Assembly (NCBI GenBank): GCA_026025795.1
Contig: JAPEUG010000028.1
Span: 1 to 64,000 of the forward strand
Reading direction: 5' to 3'
Length of the DNA: 64,000 nt
Source: Thelocarpon superellum
Taxonomy: Eukaryota
Below, in pieces: positions 25,503-41,600 of the stretch. Each line of letters begins with the position of its first letter. Position 1 is the stretch's first letter. A model generated the notes under the pieces. It saw only the letters and a program-made list of their open reading frames with translations, made no database searches and was not told where the DNA came from. Position numbers and translations under genes: made by a program.

Positions 25503-26958
25503 ATGGCTGCTTCGGTCGAGGCACCGCGACAGTTCCAGCAGCCATCGCGAAAAGGAAAACGAGCCTGGCGGAAAAATGTCGACCTTACTGACGTCCAAGA
25601 GGGTCTCGATACTGTGCGAAAGGAAGTCATCGAGGGGTACGGCAACATTCCAAGTCGGTTCGTGACGACTGCTCAGCCACACTGACCCACCCTAGTGGTG
25701 TCATCGCAGAGAAAGCTTCGGACGAACTATACACTTTCGATAGCACCGGTGATACGGCGACTCGAAAGGCATGTCGCACAGCCCATAAGCCACTTCGAGC
25801 CGACGAAATCCTCGCACAGCGATCTGCCGTCCCCGCAATAGACTCTCGGACACGAGCGGGGTCCAAGACGACCGATGGCGTGCTGGAGCGAAGTACGAAA
25901 CGACGCCGATCCGGCAAGATCTCTCATGCAGAATTACAGCGGTTGAGGACGATCGCCTACGGTGGAAACGATGACCACAGGAAGGTCCACGAGCCGGGGG
26001 TACCCGAGGACGACCTCTGGGAAGACTTTGGAGCGGTGGAGACGATGGGAAAAGACCCAATGTTCACCTTCCTCGAACCCCCCCAACCCATCAAAGCTCC
26101 TCGGACCCTCAAACATACTCCGATCTCCCTGGCCGCCAACGGAAAGGCGGTTCCCGCGGTCAAGGCACCGGCAGCGCACGTGAGCTACAACCCGCAATCC
26201 GACCTCTACTTTGAGGCCTTCACCAAAGCGGGCGAAGAGGAGATCGAGGCAGAGCTGAAGCGTCAGCAAGAGGCAGCAGCAGACAAGGCACGAGCAGACA
26301 AGATCGCACAAGAACGAGTGGCCGTGGAGCGATATGAAGCCTTGCACGAGGACGAGGAGAGCTTATGGGAGGGGCTGGAGAGTGAGGTAGAGAGCGAGGA
26401 GTTGACCCGACGACGACCCGAGCGAAAGACCCAAGCACAACGAAACAAGATTGCACGACGCAAAGAAGCCGAGCATCGTGCTGCACACGAGGCCCAAATG
26501 AAACGGCGGGCCAAGGAGGCTGGGGAGGTGCAATCGATCGCCCAGGCCGTGGAAGCCCGTGAACGAAAGATCGCAGCTGGGGCCATCAGCTCCGAGGACG
26601 GGGACGAAGGCAAGCAAGGCGACGACACGGTGCTCCGGCGCCGACGGCTCGGGAAAGCCACGTACGTGACTCTACCTACCTCTCTTTTCCCCTTCCTTCC
26701 CACACTAACCCCCTTTTCACGCTCAGGATCCCCGAGCCACCTCTAGAGCTGGTACTGCCCAGCGAGCTACAGGAGTCGCTGCGAAAGCTCAAACCAGAAG
26801 GAAATCTACTCAAAGACCGTTTCCGCAACCTGATGGTCCGTGGCAAGGTCGAGGCCCGACGGCAGATCGCGCAGCCGAAGAAACGGAGGGTTATTGTTTC
26901 GGAGAAGTGGTCGTATAAGGATTGGAAACTCAAGCCTGGGCGGGCATCTGTCGCTTGA
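25503..26958 (+). CDS. NOP53: Ribosome biogenesis protein Nop53
   Basis: QPSRKGKRAWRKNVD N-terminus; SLRKLKPEGNLLKDRF and EKWSYKDW C-terminus. Introns 25637-25695, 26662-26726. Confidence 0.93.
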
Positions 26959-27413
26959 GTGCTCAGCTCTTGTCTTCCGTTCATTTGTGTGCATGTTATT
27001 CGAGATGATACGCGGGATGACATGTGCAGGGGTATGGTCAACGACATGGCATTGCATTCTTCCCAGCGCTATCTAAAACGTGAGTAACTAACGTTTGTCA
27101 ACGTAGTCGTGGAGCTTGCGAGTGTGAACGCGCAAAGGGACCGCTCATCTGCTCCTTCGCTTGTATGTCTGGACCTGGTGCTGAACTGGGATTCAGATGG
27201 AGACTGAAAATGGGCTGCAGAGCGCCGTGATCAAGACGCCATGTAGGTCAAGTACCGTGTTGTGTCGTGTCATGTCATTTCCTGTCGTGTCGTTCTGAAA
27301 CTGGGACCCAAGCTCGAATTGGAAATGGAAGTGGAATGCGTGGGCCGGATACCCGCTTCCTGTGCGTAGGCTACGACCTGCGAATGGTCCAAGCAATCAT
27401 GGCTCACACACCC

Positions 27414-29073
27414 TCACAAGTTGATGTCCTCCAGCATTTCCATGGCCCCTTCGCGCCCGACGGTGATGATGACGTCGCCGAGCGTCTTGGTCGCAAATCC
27501 GGCCTCGGAGTAAGTGAAGTAATACTGCCCCCCAGCCCCGTCAGCACATCCTCGTACATCCATACATCTCGCACTGCGGATTCACACCTCCCACTTGCGC
27601 TTGAACAGCTCTGCCGCCTCGTCCGTCATGTCGTCGTGCTCGTCCAGCAGTGCAGGCTTGATGCGCGCGTCGAAGTTCTGTAGGAACTTTTGCTTCCATA
27701 GACGCAACGTTTTGGAGTAGTGGCCCGATATATTCTCCACCTGGTCCACGATCAGGGTGCCTTTGGATCCCTCGTCGATTGAGCGCACCAGCTGGCTGAC
27801 GCTCGGGAGGTGCCCGCCCGGGAAGATGTATTTACGGATAAAGCTGCGACGATTTTAGCGGTGAGAGGACAACGAAACGGGAGGACTCAGCGTACTCCTC
27901 ACTTCGCGAATAGTTCTCGTAACGCTGCAGGAATTAGCCAGTGTCGCGATCAATCACTGGGCTGAACGTACACATTCCGGCATGGTGATGCACTGGAACA
28001 CGGCGATGCCTCCATCGGGCTTCAAGAGACGGTTGACGCATTCGAAGTACGTCACGAGGAACTCCCGTCCCACGGCCTCCAGCATTTCGATCGATACGAC
28101 CTTGTCGTACAGGAGCTCTGGGATGGGCAACGCGCGGTAGTCACAAAGGAGCACGGTGATCCAATCGGTATATCCGGCCGCCGCGATACGTTTCTCCGCC
28201 AACTCCTTCTGCTCCACGGACAAGGTCAGACTGGTAACGGTACAGCCGGTCGAGCGTACGGCCTCAATCGCGAAGCTGCCCCATCCTGTCCCAATCTCGA
28301 GCACATGATCTGTTCCCTTGATCTTGGCATTGCGGATGAAACGTTGCAGCTTCGTCTTCTGCGCCTGCTCAAGCGTTTCCGTCAGCGATTGCGGAGAGGA
28401 CTTGGGTGCCCAGATGGGACACGAGTATGTCATATCGTCCGACAAAAAGGCCGCGAACATCTCGTTGGAGATGTCGTAGTGCGCGCTGACGTTGAGGAGG
28501 GCATTGGACAGCGTATTGGTGTTGCGGGCGACACGGTTGATGCCGGCGGAGAGAGCCGAGGTCAATGACGAAGTGAAGTTCGTGCCATTATTCAGATGCG
28601 GGCGGTTCAGGATGAAGAGCTGAGGGTCTGTCAGCATGGCCATTGAGCGGAGATGTTTCGGGGCGGACCTCGAAAAAGGCTTCCAAGTCAGGGCAATCAA
28701 CGTCACCAAGCATGAAGGCCTCGGCAAAGCCCTAGACAACGTTAAACCAAGATCCAGTTCAGCTCCATTCAGAGGGTGTGGACGAAGACATCACTACCAT
28801 GTCTGTGAAGAGGCAGAGTCGGACCCAGAAGGCCTCACGGCGGACCGTCAACTCGACCGTGGGAGATTTCGCCCCGTGGGACGTCTCCCCAAAGCGTAAA
28901 GCACTGCCATCGGTGTCGACAATGCGCAGCTGGCCAAGCTCGATGCGCGACAGCAGCGTGCAGACTGCATTGCGAGAGAGGTTCACCAACGGGCCCCAGG
29001 TGACAGAGCCGGTGGTTTGGCGGACCAAATCCGTGAGGGCGGAGAGGGACTGCGATAAGGTTTGGGGGAGCAT
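27414..29073 (-). CDS. Cyclopropane-fatty-acyl-phospholipid synthase family SAM methyltransferase
   Basis: HYDISNEMFAAFLSDDMTYSC, VLEIGTGWG, VVSIEMLEAVG, DFIRKYIFPGG, WEYYFTYSEAGF; multi-exon, including a 29-nt exon near 27897-27925. Confidence 0.92.
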
Positions 29074-29387
29074 AGTGAAGCGAGTGCGCACAACGATCGC
29101 CGTGAGAGCCGCAGGTAGGATCCAGGTCGCACGCCTCAAGAGCCACGGGCACTACACGGCGACAAATGCTACAGATTCCCGCGGCGGGCAGAGAGTAGTG
29201 TTGTGTGAAGTCATAAACAATCACCGCCGGTCCAAGCGCATGTGTGCGTGGGGGAAGTCAGGCAAGTGCACCAGGCAAAGGCAAAGGTAAAGGCAAATGG
29301 GGACCGAGGCGGCCCAAGGCATCATGATGATCTGACGGAGCTGGATCATTAACTAACCTCCCGGTGATGCAGTGCTACATAAGTGAC

Positions 29388-29415
29388 GAGCGGCGAGCGG
29401 CGAGCGGCGAGCGGA
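29388..29415. repeat. (GAGCGGC)n microsatellite, about 4 copies
   Basis: Seen directly: gagcggcgagcggcgagcggcgagcgg. Confidence 0.85.
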
Positions 29416-30320
29416 CACCAGGCCTGCTGGCTACTAGACGTGACTACTCGAACCTAGTCGTGGTGACGGACAACCGATAGCCCGCAGGGCTGGAGGTGCA
29501 CGATCGTCGCCTAGGGCGTGAGGGAAGCAGATTCGAGGAGATAGACTAGATCGAGTCTGTTGGGACCAGCATCTGCAAGGATGCGAGCGGACTGCGGGAC
29601 ACTTGTGCGCCGCGGCGGCGGTGGCCGGGCACGCAATTCCCGTGCCCTTCACATGAACTCTGCGGGCCTGGCTTAAGAGGCGGCCGGCGCGGGCGGAAGG
29701 AGACGGAGGCGACGGAGCGGCTACTTGTCTTCCCTCGCTCCGTCCCTCTCCCAGCGGCTGGAGCCGACACGACGAGACCCGGCCGAGGGCGTCGATCGAA
29801 AGGGGGTCGACGTGAACTGGCAGTAACAGTCATGACGTCGTCAAGAGCGGTCCGATTTCGGTCGACTGCTCGCTTGTCACCCTTGTTCCTGGTGGGACCA
29901 GCGACTCGGATGACTGAGGCCTCCGCTTCCCGCGGTCGTCGAGGTCACGGGAATTGGAAGTTGCGTAACTCTGGCTCGTGGTGCACTTTCCACGCACCAC
30001 CTGCGCTAGCGCGCTCTCATTGGACAAGATTGGCCTCTCCGTGGATGGTGTCCGTACGGAGTGCACTCCATTGCTATTATTGGTGAGCTTCTTGCACTAC
30101 TTGCCCTCAGAGCGGGGTGTTGGTGGGGTATGCGGGATGGCCAGTCTTTCGACCAGGGTCCACGGCACGTGCGCGGGATTGACAGCTCGAGGCGACCAAC
30201 ACGTCCGAACACGCGTATGCTTTGCTCTCCACGCGTCAGACGGATACGCAGCTTTGGTACAAGGCAACGCCCGCTCACCTCCGTCTGCCCCACCATCCGC
30301 TCGTTGGATTTGCAGCAACA

Positions 30321-30892
30321 ATGCTGGCTCTCGGCACCCGCGGCAAAGTTAGGGACAAGTGCACTCCAAATGTGCTCCCCTGCAAGGTGCAACATGAAGG
30401 CCCGGTGAACGCATCTGATCGGTACTGGGCACCCACTGCTCTACAGGGTTCGCGGACCCAAGTTATGTTCGTGTGGGGCTCGTGGAGGAGATGCTGATTG
30501 GCGCAGATGGGAAGTCTACCGCTCATTTCCGAGGGCGCGAGCTTCATGGCCGCACTGTGGTTGTCCCGGCAGGATATCGAGGCGTCATCGTGAACAAAAC
30601 TGACCGGACCGTACCTATGGACTCGGTCCGACACCGCGCGGCCGACAAGGATGAGGCCGAGCAGGGTCCCGCCCAGCCCACCACCATCTTACAAGAAGAC
30701 GCCACTTTCGACGAGATTGTGGTCTGGGGCCACGAGATGATGCCGGAGGAGACCAGCGATCCCTATGTGAAAGGAATGACGGAGTGGATATCCTTTGCGG
30801 CACAAGTTCGTTGTCCACATGGAATACCACGCGCTCTTCGTTGACTGGCTTAGATGCATTCATACCCGCCTTTGGATCGGTCCGGTGAATGA
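30321..30892 (+). CDS. RNH203: Ribonuclease H2 subunit C
   Basis: PNVLPCKVQHEGP, AHFRGRELHG, EIVVWGHE, EWISFAAQMH motifs. Introns 30448-30506, 30806-30853. Confidence 0.9.
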
Positions 30893-30917
30893 GGACGTCG
30901 GGATGGTCGAAGACTGA

Positions 30918-31503
30918 TCATGATGCTTTCTTGTCTAGCCGCTGTTCTTCCAAGAACTGCTTCTTACGCAGCATGTATCCCTCATGATTTTGGCATGCAT
31001 TCCACACCTCCCGAAAGATCTCCGAAGCTTCAAGTTTTGCCTGGGCGTCATGATGGTCGGCGCTCTTTGGGAGCAGGACCCTGGAGTGTTTGGCGTATTT
31101 CCTTCCTCCTGGTCTGTTGGCGTATCTTTTGGCACGAGTCATACCCTGTGGCGGGTCAAACCTGAATTGTGTTCGATGACACGAGACAGTGCGTCACAGG
31201 GATCTGATCGACGCTGGGAGAAGGATAACTGACCATTTGAATAAACTTCCGTGTCATGTCCATTCCAACGAAATCGTCCTTCCCATCATACTCGATGAAT
31301 TTCTGCCACAGATCCTGGCTGCTTCTCCTCGCAATGTCTGGGGTCTTGAATCGCCAAAGAGGCAAGAGGTGTGACTTGTAGGGTTCGAACGTGAAGACGC
31401 CCTCTTCCCCGCGGCCAACACGGTACCTTTTCCGAGCTTCCTGTATCTCTGCCTTGGGTGTAGTCTCACTGTCTGCCATGCTAGGACCTCGTCGCTGCTC
31501 CAT
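30918..31503 (-). CDS. DUF4385 family protein
   Basis: YRVGRGEEGVFTFEPYKSHLLPLWRFKTP and DFVGMDMTRKFIQMGMTRAKRYAN. Intron 31233-31146. Start may be 31479. Confidence 0.88.
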
Positions 31504-31580
31504 CGCATCGATGTACAGTGAATAGCAAACGACACTCGAAGTCGTCAGTACAAGTAGCCAGGGGCGCTAGGAGAGCCGCA

Positions 31581-31590
31581 GTCACGTGAC
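31581..31590. promoter_or_regulatory. Palindromic GTCACGTGAC site in the DUF4385/ESA1 bidirectional promoter
   Basis: Perfect 10-bp palindrome in the middle of a ~190-bp divergent intergenic region. Confidence 0.55.
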
Positions 31591-31694
31591 CGCAACGTCT
31601 CATCGCCCCATTCACCTGAACACCGGACCCTTAAAGGTCGCGTCTTCCATTCTTTGCTTGGTCAAATTCCACTTTCTCCAAGCATCCTCCGACC

Positions 31695-33368
31695 ATGGCT
31701 CCTCGAGATACGTCACAGGAGGCCACGGGCACACCGGATCCGGTGGAGAAGGGCTTCGCTACTCTGAGCACTCTCCGGAACGGGGTGAAGGCGATCGTGG
31801 ACAAGGACGGGGAGAAGCGCAAGGCGGAGATCTTGTCGATTCAGCAGAAGAAGACGGGACTCTCCTTCTACGTCCACTACGAGGAGTTCAACAAGCGGCT
31901 AGACGGTGAGGATGGTGCCTGCATGACGTGCGGCACGCGCTGACCGATCCAGAATGGATTCCATCGGACCGTATCGATCTCACCAAAGAGGTCGAATGGC
32001 CCGCGCCGGAGAAGCCGGAGAAGAAGAAAGGCACAACGGCGCCCAGCAAGGCACCGTCCAAGACCGAGGGCGCGACCAAGGTGCCCAAAGGACTGAAGCG
32101 ACCTCGGGCGGGCGCGGCGAGCCGCGACATCTCCGCCACCCCCGAGGTTTCGTCGGTCAACATCCAGGGCAAGGCAGCCAAGCCATCCGAGGCGGGTGGC
32201 AAGGAGAACAGCGAGTCGGTGGCCGTGGTCCGAAGCGAAGTGCTCGATGGCACGCCCAAAGCCGACGATGACGAGCTGGACATGGTGGACGTGCAGGATG
32301 CGGCGGCGGCGGCAAAGGCATCGGGGCCCGAGATCTTCTCGCGGGAAGACGAGATTGAGAAGCTGCGCACGTCGGGATCGATGACGCAGAGCCAGACGGA
32401 GATCTCGCGCGTGCGGAATTTGTCGCGGGTGCAGATGGGCAAGTTCGAGATGGAGCCGTGGTACTTTTCGCCCTACCCGCTGGACTTTACGGAAGAGGAC
32501 GTGGTCTACATCTGCGAGTTCTGTCTGTCCTACTTTGCCGAGGAGCGGCCGTTTGAGCGGCACCGAGATAAGTGCACGCTGCTCCACCCGCCGGGCAACG
32601 AGATCTACCGCGACGACTACGTCTCGTTCTTTGAGATTGACGGGCGGCGACAGCGGACGTGGTGTCGCAACCTCTGCCTCCTGTCCAAATTGTTCCTGGA
32701 CCACAAGACTCTCTTCTACGACGTCGACCCCTTCCTCTTCTACTGCATGACGACGCGCGACGAGCACGGCTGCCACCTGGTGGGCTACTTCTCCAAGGAG
32801 AAGGAGAGCGCAGAAGGGTACAATGTGGCGTGTATCCTGACGCTTCCGCAATACCAACGCAAGGGGTTCGGCCGCCTGCTCGTCGCCTTTTCATATGAGC
32901 TGTCGAAACGTGAGGGCAGGCTTGGGTCTCCGGAGAAGCCGCTATCCGATCTGGGCCTGCTCGGCTACCGCGCCTACTGGCAAGAGACGGTGGTCGACAT
33001 CCTCATGGACGGCCGATCCGACATCACCGTTGAAGAGATTGGTGCTCTGTCCGCCATGACGACCAATGACGTGCTACACACGTTGCAAAACTTGAACATG
33101 CTCCGATATTCGGTACGCCCCGGGCGCACAAGCCGTGGCCTTTCCACCCCCCTGGGTCGCATGCGGTCCTGGTCAGGTCGAAGAGCTAACCCGTGATGAT
33201 CTTATATAGAAAGGACAGCACGTCATCGTCTTGACGGACGCGATCGTCGAGCAGAAGGAGAAACAGCGCGAGAAGGAGCGAGTCAAGGGCAAGCGACGCA
33301 TCGACGGCGAGCGGCTGCAGTGGAAACCACCCGTGTTTACGGCGTCGACTCGTACGTGGAACTGGTAG
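31695..33368 (+). CDS. ESA1: MYST histone acetyltransferase, NuA4 catalytic subunit
   Basis: Chromo/Tudor-knot ([15 protein letters not shown]), [16 protein letters not shown] acetyl-CoA motif, [11 protein letters not shown]. Introns 31906-31952, 33113-33209. Confidence 0.96.
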
Positions 33369-33613
33369 GGACGTGGCATTGGTGGGAGACGAGTCCCTGG
33401 TGGAGCTGCTCTTCGGTGGAAGGCATTGATTGGGGTTGGTCGGGGTCATTGGGTCATTGGGTGGAGTCATGATTTGTCGGACGTATCATCCGCTACTACT
33501 CGACTGGTAGCTCGGGGTCAGGGTGGGGTGGGATACGGTAGCACAGCAATGCACGAGTAAAGGAGAGCAGCAGAGATCCAAGTATCATTGACCTCTCTGT
33601 CTATCTACCTACC

Positions 33614-35095
33614 TCATACACCCTCCATCTCTTTCCTGGCGCTCTCGTTGCTCAAAGGTCCAAAGATCTCCGTCCACAATTCACTCGCTTCACCGAGGGT
33701 GTAGGTGAGGGTGAGATGTGCCAGTCCTGGTTCTACCTCCTCCCTTTCTGCCTCCTCGCCAGCCCCCTCTCCCGTCCCTGGCCCAGGGCCCATCACAGAC
33801 GCGGACGAAAGTGGCGGAGCCATCATCTCGAGCTGAGAAATGAGATTCTCCAGTCCGAACGCCTTGCCCGTGGCTTGCGTAGCGCCCGCTTCGAGCGCGA
33901 CATGCACGATGTGGATGTGGAAATGGTAGTATGTGGGCTGATCTGTTTCCGCGACTCTTCTTAGTGACCTTCTTCTCTGCAAAGAGGTTCGGGAAAACAA
34001 GTCTGACAACAGGGGGGGAGAAGGGGAAAGAGAAGAGCAAACATACAATGAACATACAGCTTCAACTCGTCATGTTCCAACGGAGGATATAATCGCACAG
34101 TGGCATCGAGGAGTTTGCGACGCATGTGCTTGAGCCAGGTGACGTGGGAGCGGCGTAGATCACGAAGGGACCAGATGTCGCGTCGGTGCACGAGCCCGAG
34201 CAGATGCAGAGACGTGAGCGTCTTTCGGTCCCAGTTCCTGCGGAGAAGATCCCGCTGTCAGCCTTGACCTTTCACCCTCCACTTCCTACTACGTCCCGCG
34301 AGAGGGTGGGAAAGAGCTCGAAGCCGTGGGAAAGGACCAGAATACGTAAGGAAGACCTACAAGTCCGGCAACATCAGGAACCCCTCGGGGCCTGCCCCGC
34401 TCCCTTCGCCACCCTCGTCACGTAGAATGACATCTTCTTGCTCCGTGCGACCCTCGATGATGTTGAAGACCCAATTGAGCCGGCCCTCCTCCCGCTTCCG
34501 CTGCATGTAGGGTCTCACGAGCTGGGCATAGATCTCCGGCGTCTCCGTCACCATGCGGACGCCCTGGTGCGAGTATTTCTTGACGTGGACCTCAGTGCAT
34601 GGGTGGATGAGGTTGAGCTTGAGGTCAGGCGTGGCCGCGGATCGAGTCATAGCCGTAGTCGTAGATGTGGAAGAGGGACGGGAGGTGGAGGTAGAGGTAG
34701 AGGTGGTCGAGACATGTGACGTGGATATGGACGCGGAGGTGGACGGTGGCACAGATGAGGTACCGCTGCAGGCCAGGTACCAGGCGTAGATGTCATTATG
34801 GCCGATGTTCTGGATGTCGTGCAGCGAGGACACCAGCCCCGTCAGCTCCTCGACGGTGTTGGCAAAGGCACTGCGTTCCACCAGCAGAATGCTGGGTTTG
34901 GCGTGGATCGTGCCGTAGAGCGAGACTCGTCGTCCGGCTTGGTCTGTGGACGGAGGCGTCAGTGGGACCGGTGGGGCAGGCCGGGGGAGGAGGGAGACAA
35001 GTCCACCACGTGCCTTGGTTGAGGACTCGGTCGAGCTTGAAACAGGGGATCAATGCCTCGACGGCCGCTTTACTGTCGTGCTTTTCTCCGGCCAT
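33614..35095 (-). CDS. DCS1: Scavenger mRNA decapping enzyme DcpS
   Basis: NDIYAWY, KLNLIHPCTEVHVKKY, LNWVFNI, LPDLNWDRK, HIT motif HYQPTYYHFHIH; three introns. Confidence 0.93.
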
Positions 35096-35289
35096 GTGGG
35101 GGGATGTGTGAGAACAAGGGTTCCTCCTCTATCGCTCCAAGTGTTCGGTGGACTGGATGGCGTGGGCCGGGAGAGGCTCATCACGCACAGAAGTGCTGTA
35201 TCAATCAACCCGTGCATGAGGTACGACTACAGTGCTCCTGCTTCTAGTACCGGCCAGCCCAGCAATCGCTTGTGATACAGCCACCACCG

Positions 35290-37896
<2,607 letters not shown>

Positions 37897-38333
37897 GATG
37901 CGATCGAAGGGCGACGATGGCCACGTGAGGTTGTCTCGGTGGCCAGAAGAGCAGCGGGACGCAACCAGGTCCGGTTGAGTCGCTGCTGCTGATGCTGGTG
38001 CTGGATGAAAGTCGCGAGTCTTCTTGACGCTAAGAAACGGATTCGGATCACGCTAGCGCCGGAGTAAGACTAGCGCCTTGACGCTGTCAACCTCGGGTCG
38101 CGAGTACAATAGCGGCGCCGCTGCACGACATCCAGTGTCGGCAGTCGATGCGATGTCTCCCCGACTCACCCTACTGGCATCATGAAGTGTGCTGGGTTTT
38201 CTCGTGCGTCTAGTCTCGCTGGTCAACGGTGACATCTGAGAGCCCGGTAGATGGCTTGAACAGCCGCTGAGACGTGGTCAACCTCCCGTCGACATCCGGC
38301 GAAGCGGCTTCTCGGGTCGCCTCCTACGCCTCG

Positions 38334-39936
38334 ATGGAGTTCATGATGAACGTCCACGGTGGCTTCGACCACCACAAACCCTCTCTGTTTGGTGTGACGC
38401 CTTCCTCGGAGGGGCTCAACTACAACAGCTTCACATACTGATTGGTGGATGTGTTCAGAACTCTTGTCCGAGCAACAACTCTCCTCCCTAATCCCGCCAT
38501 CCCTCCGCTATCTCCTCGCCTTGGCCACCCACCGACACCCTCGATACCTCCTCCGCGTCCTCAATTCCTTCGATGAGCTGTACGCGCTACTGATGCTGCT
38601 GGTGGAGCGGCATTACCTTCTCACGCATGCCGGTGGCTTCACCGAGAACTTCTATGGCCTCAAGCGCGAGCGCGTCCTCGCCATCAAGGGCGGAGAGCTG
38701 CCGCGCGCTCAGCAAGCCGCGCCGGGCATCGTCCGCGACACACTCAAGCTGGGCAAGGCGGACATCTGGAAGAATCTGGCAATCATGGTGGGACTGCCAT
38801 ATTTGAAACGCAAGCTCGACGAGAGCTACGACATCCACATCCCACCAGCCTCGGTCCTCGGACCCAACTTCAATCGCGACACCCTCCCTCGCGGGGCGAC
38901 GATCAAGCAACGACTCTTACACTACTACAAGTGGTTTCTGCGAAACGTCTACCCCAGCGTGAACGCGGCCTATCATTTCTCCCTCCTCGTCTTCAACCTG
39001 GCCTACCTCTTTGACGGGTCCAGGTACCACAACCCCTTCCTCTGGCTCATTGGCACCCGCATTAGAAGACTGGGGGAAGAGGATCACCGTGCCATCGAGC
39101 TCCTGAACAGCCACGGCCCACCGTTGCGGTCACGACCCGGCGCTCGACCAGGCTCAGGATTATCCATCTTCAACACGGCCAGCATGACGACCGTGTCCAC
39201 GTCGGTCTTCTCGTCGCTCAAGTTCCTCCTCCCTGCGTCCATCTTCGCGCTCAAGTTCCTGGAGTGGTGGCACGCGTCGGACTTTGCACGGCAATTATCC
39301 CGTAAAGCGGCCGAGGGACTCGAGCTGCCACCTCCCATCGTCTCAGGCCTCGGCAAGATCACCAGCCCATCCAAATCCACCTCCTCGAACCCCTCCACGA
39401 CCTCACCCACCTCGCAAGCCGTCGCCGCCACCACCCCGACAAACAGACCCCGCACCCCCCCCATCTCACGAAGCACGACCCTACCGATCCTCACAGTCCC
39501 GGTGCCCGGTCCATCCTCAAGCAACGTCTGTCCGATCTGCCTCTCGAGCATCGTGAACCCCACGGCCGTACAAACGGGCTACGTCTTCTGCTACACGTGC
39601 ATCTTCCGCTGGGTCGACGGCTCGCATGAGCGCCAAGTGGCCTTTATGGAGGGCGGGGCCGCCGCCGCCGCTGCTGCTGCGCAAGCACAGGCAGAAGCGA
39701 GAGGAGACGCAGGTGGAGGAGGCAGACATGGGGGTGAAGGGGTGATGCACGGCGCGGCGGGCGCAATGAATGGCTCCGCGACGCCGGTAGCTCCACCCCC
39801 GCCTCCGGACGAAGAGGGATGGGGCCGAGAAGAGGGAAGTCGAGTGGGAAGATGGGAGAGCGGTGTCGGTCGGTGCGCCGTTACGGGACGGCGGGTTTTG
39901 GGTGGTACCGAGGGCTTGAGGCGCGTCATGGTGTAA
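38334..39936 (+). CDS. PEX12: Peroxin 12, RING peroxin
   Basis: KPSLFELL, FTENFYGLKRER, FALKFLEWW, CPIC...GYVFCYTCI...RCAVTG. Intron 38392-38458. Confidence 0.94.
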
Positions 39937-40024
39937 CCCATGCCACGGCAGGCGTGGTGGATATAGGCTGTTGTTTGCGAAAGAAGATACAAGTAAAGAC
40001 CAAGGTCTGATCCAACACCGAAGA

Positions 40025-41198
40025 TCAGATGCCCAACCAGGCCTTGGAGCGTTCATAGACAAAGAAGCTCGTGGCGACCATGGGGACGACCTTGAAATAG
40101 CCAATGCCCAGTCCAACAAAGAAGCCGCGCCATCCCTTCTCGCGCCACACTTTCGCCGCGGTCTCGGCGACGCGCAGACGATGGCCGTCGCCTACGGCGC
40201 CACCGACTTGCATCCGCCGCCGGATGACTTCGAGTGGATACGACGCCGTCTGCGATACGAGACCTGCGAAGCCGCCTGCGAGGAGCTCGGCCCAGTACTT
40301 CAGCTGCGGGGGCTTGTCGCGAGTCGTGGCGGTTGTGTTCGAGGGGGAAGGGAGCGTGGTGTGCGCGGCAAGATACGGGTGGCGGAGCCAGTCGCTGGCC
40401 GTGTCGTGCGTGAGGAACGACATCCCTGCATAAGGGAGCATGCCGAGCAGCGTCGGGGAGAAGCCGCGATAGAAATTGGCGATGCCGGAGCGCGGGGCCA
40501 CTTTGGTGATGGTGGTGGCGGTCGTGCTGGCCAGGGTAGCGGCGGCGGCGGAGGGGTGGGATCTGGATGCCGATGTGGACGTCGCGGTGGACGCGGCCGG
40601 AGGGGGCAGCGGCGGTCGTTCACGGTAGATCTGCCGGCAGATGGCCGACAGCGACGTGCGCGTGTTGGCCTTGGTTTCGAATGCGAGACGCACGCGGATG
40701 ACCTCGAGCGGGTAGGTGAAGAAGACGGAGGTGACGCCGGCTAGACTGCCGCTGGCCAGTCTCCGCCACGGCGTCTCTTGGCTCTTGTTCTGGATCACGA
40801 TGGCTCGCACCTGCTCGTACGCGAGGAACTTGATGGCTGCGTAGGGGAAGATACGTAGTAAGGTGGCGGAGTGCCCCCGGAAGAGCCCCCACGTTCCCTC
40901 TTGGTGGTAGATGTCCGTCATCGCCGTCACCACGCCGAACCATGAGCCCGAGTACTTGGCGAACTGCGGATTGGATGCCTGGAAGAGAATCTTGACTCGA
41001 TCAAGCGGTCCCACGACCGTCTTGGCCTACGTGTCGTCCATCTGGTCAGTATCATGCACAGGGGTGGATGTTTGCAGCGGGTGGCGGGGCACTCACCGCA
41101 CATCCGGCCAGACCGCCGGCCAGCCCACTCCGGAAGACATAGTCCAGGCTCTGCTTGTCGATGGGCTTGCGCGGTTCGCGCGACGATGCCGTGGTCAT
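40025..41198 (-). CDS. LEU5: Mitochondrial carrier, coenzyme A transporter (Leu5/SLC25A16 type)
   Basis: SLDYVFRSGLAGGLAGCAAKT..PLDRVKILFQ, GHSATLLRIFPYAAIKF, YPLEVIRVR, YPLEVIRRRMQ. Intron 41096-41027. Confidence 0.9.
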
Positions 41199-41440
41199 GT
41201 CCACACCTGCACACCTCGACGTCCCGGCAGGCCCTCGGCCCTCGTCCCTCGATTCAAGTCGCGTGTGGTGGGTGGAGAGCCATGGCTATCGAGGGGCCAT
41301 TGAGATTGGCGGGGCAGAGACAATCTACGATAATCTGATGCCGTAGCGACTTTTCGGTACGGACGTGAAAGACGTATTTGTGGTGTAGAGAAGTCTTCTA
41401 GACGTGGAAAAAGGGACTTTAATGGGGGGTGTTGGAGGAC

Positions 41441-41488
41441 TGGATGATTGGAAGACTGGATGATTGGATGATTGGATGATTGGATGAT
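41441..41488. repeat. (TGGATGAT)n microsatellite
   Basis: About 6 imperfect 8-bp copies in the LEU5/METTL4-like divergent region. Confidence 0.85.
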
Positions 41489-41600
41489 CAGATGCCGGCT
41501 GCTTAGCTCGTGGACTCACGATATTTAACTTTCGTCACATCGGACGGGACGACAGGACACCGCTGCCGGCCGAGCGGATCTGTGCGGTTTGCAGCGGCAA

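Noticed and set aside
29321..29340. ATGATGA followed by CTGA (C and D box-like)
   Set aside because: The boxes are adjacent, leaving no room for a guide sequence.
31877..32857. 326-aa antisense ORF over ESA1, and similar long ORFs over MET5, RPO41, FIG4 and LEU5
   Set aside because: Expected from high GC3 codon usage; no recognisable motifs.
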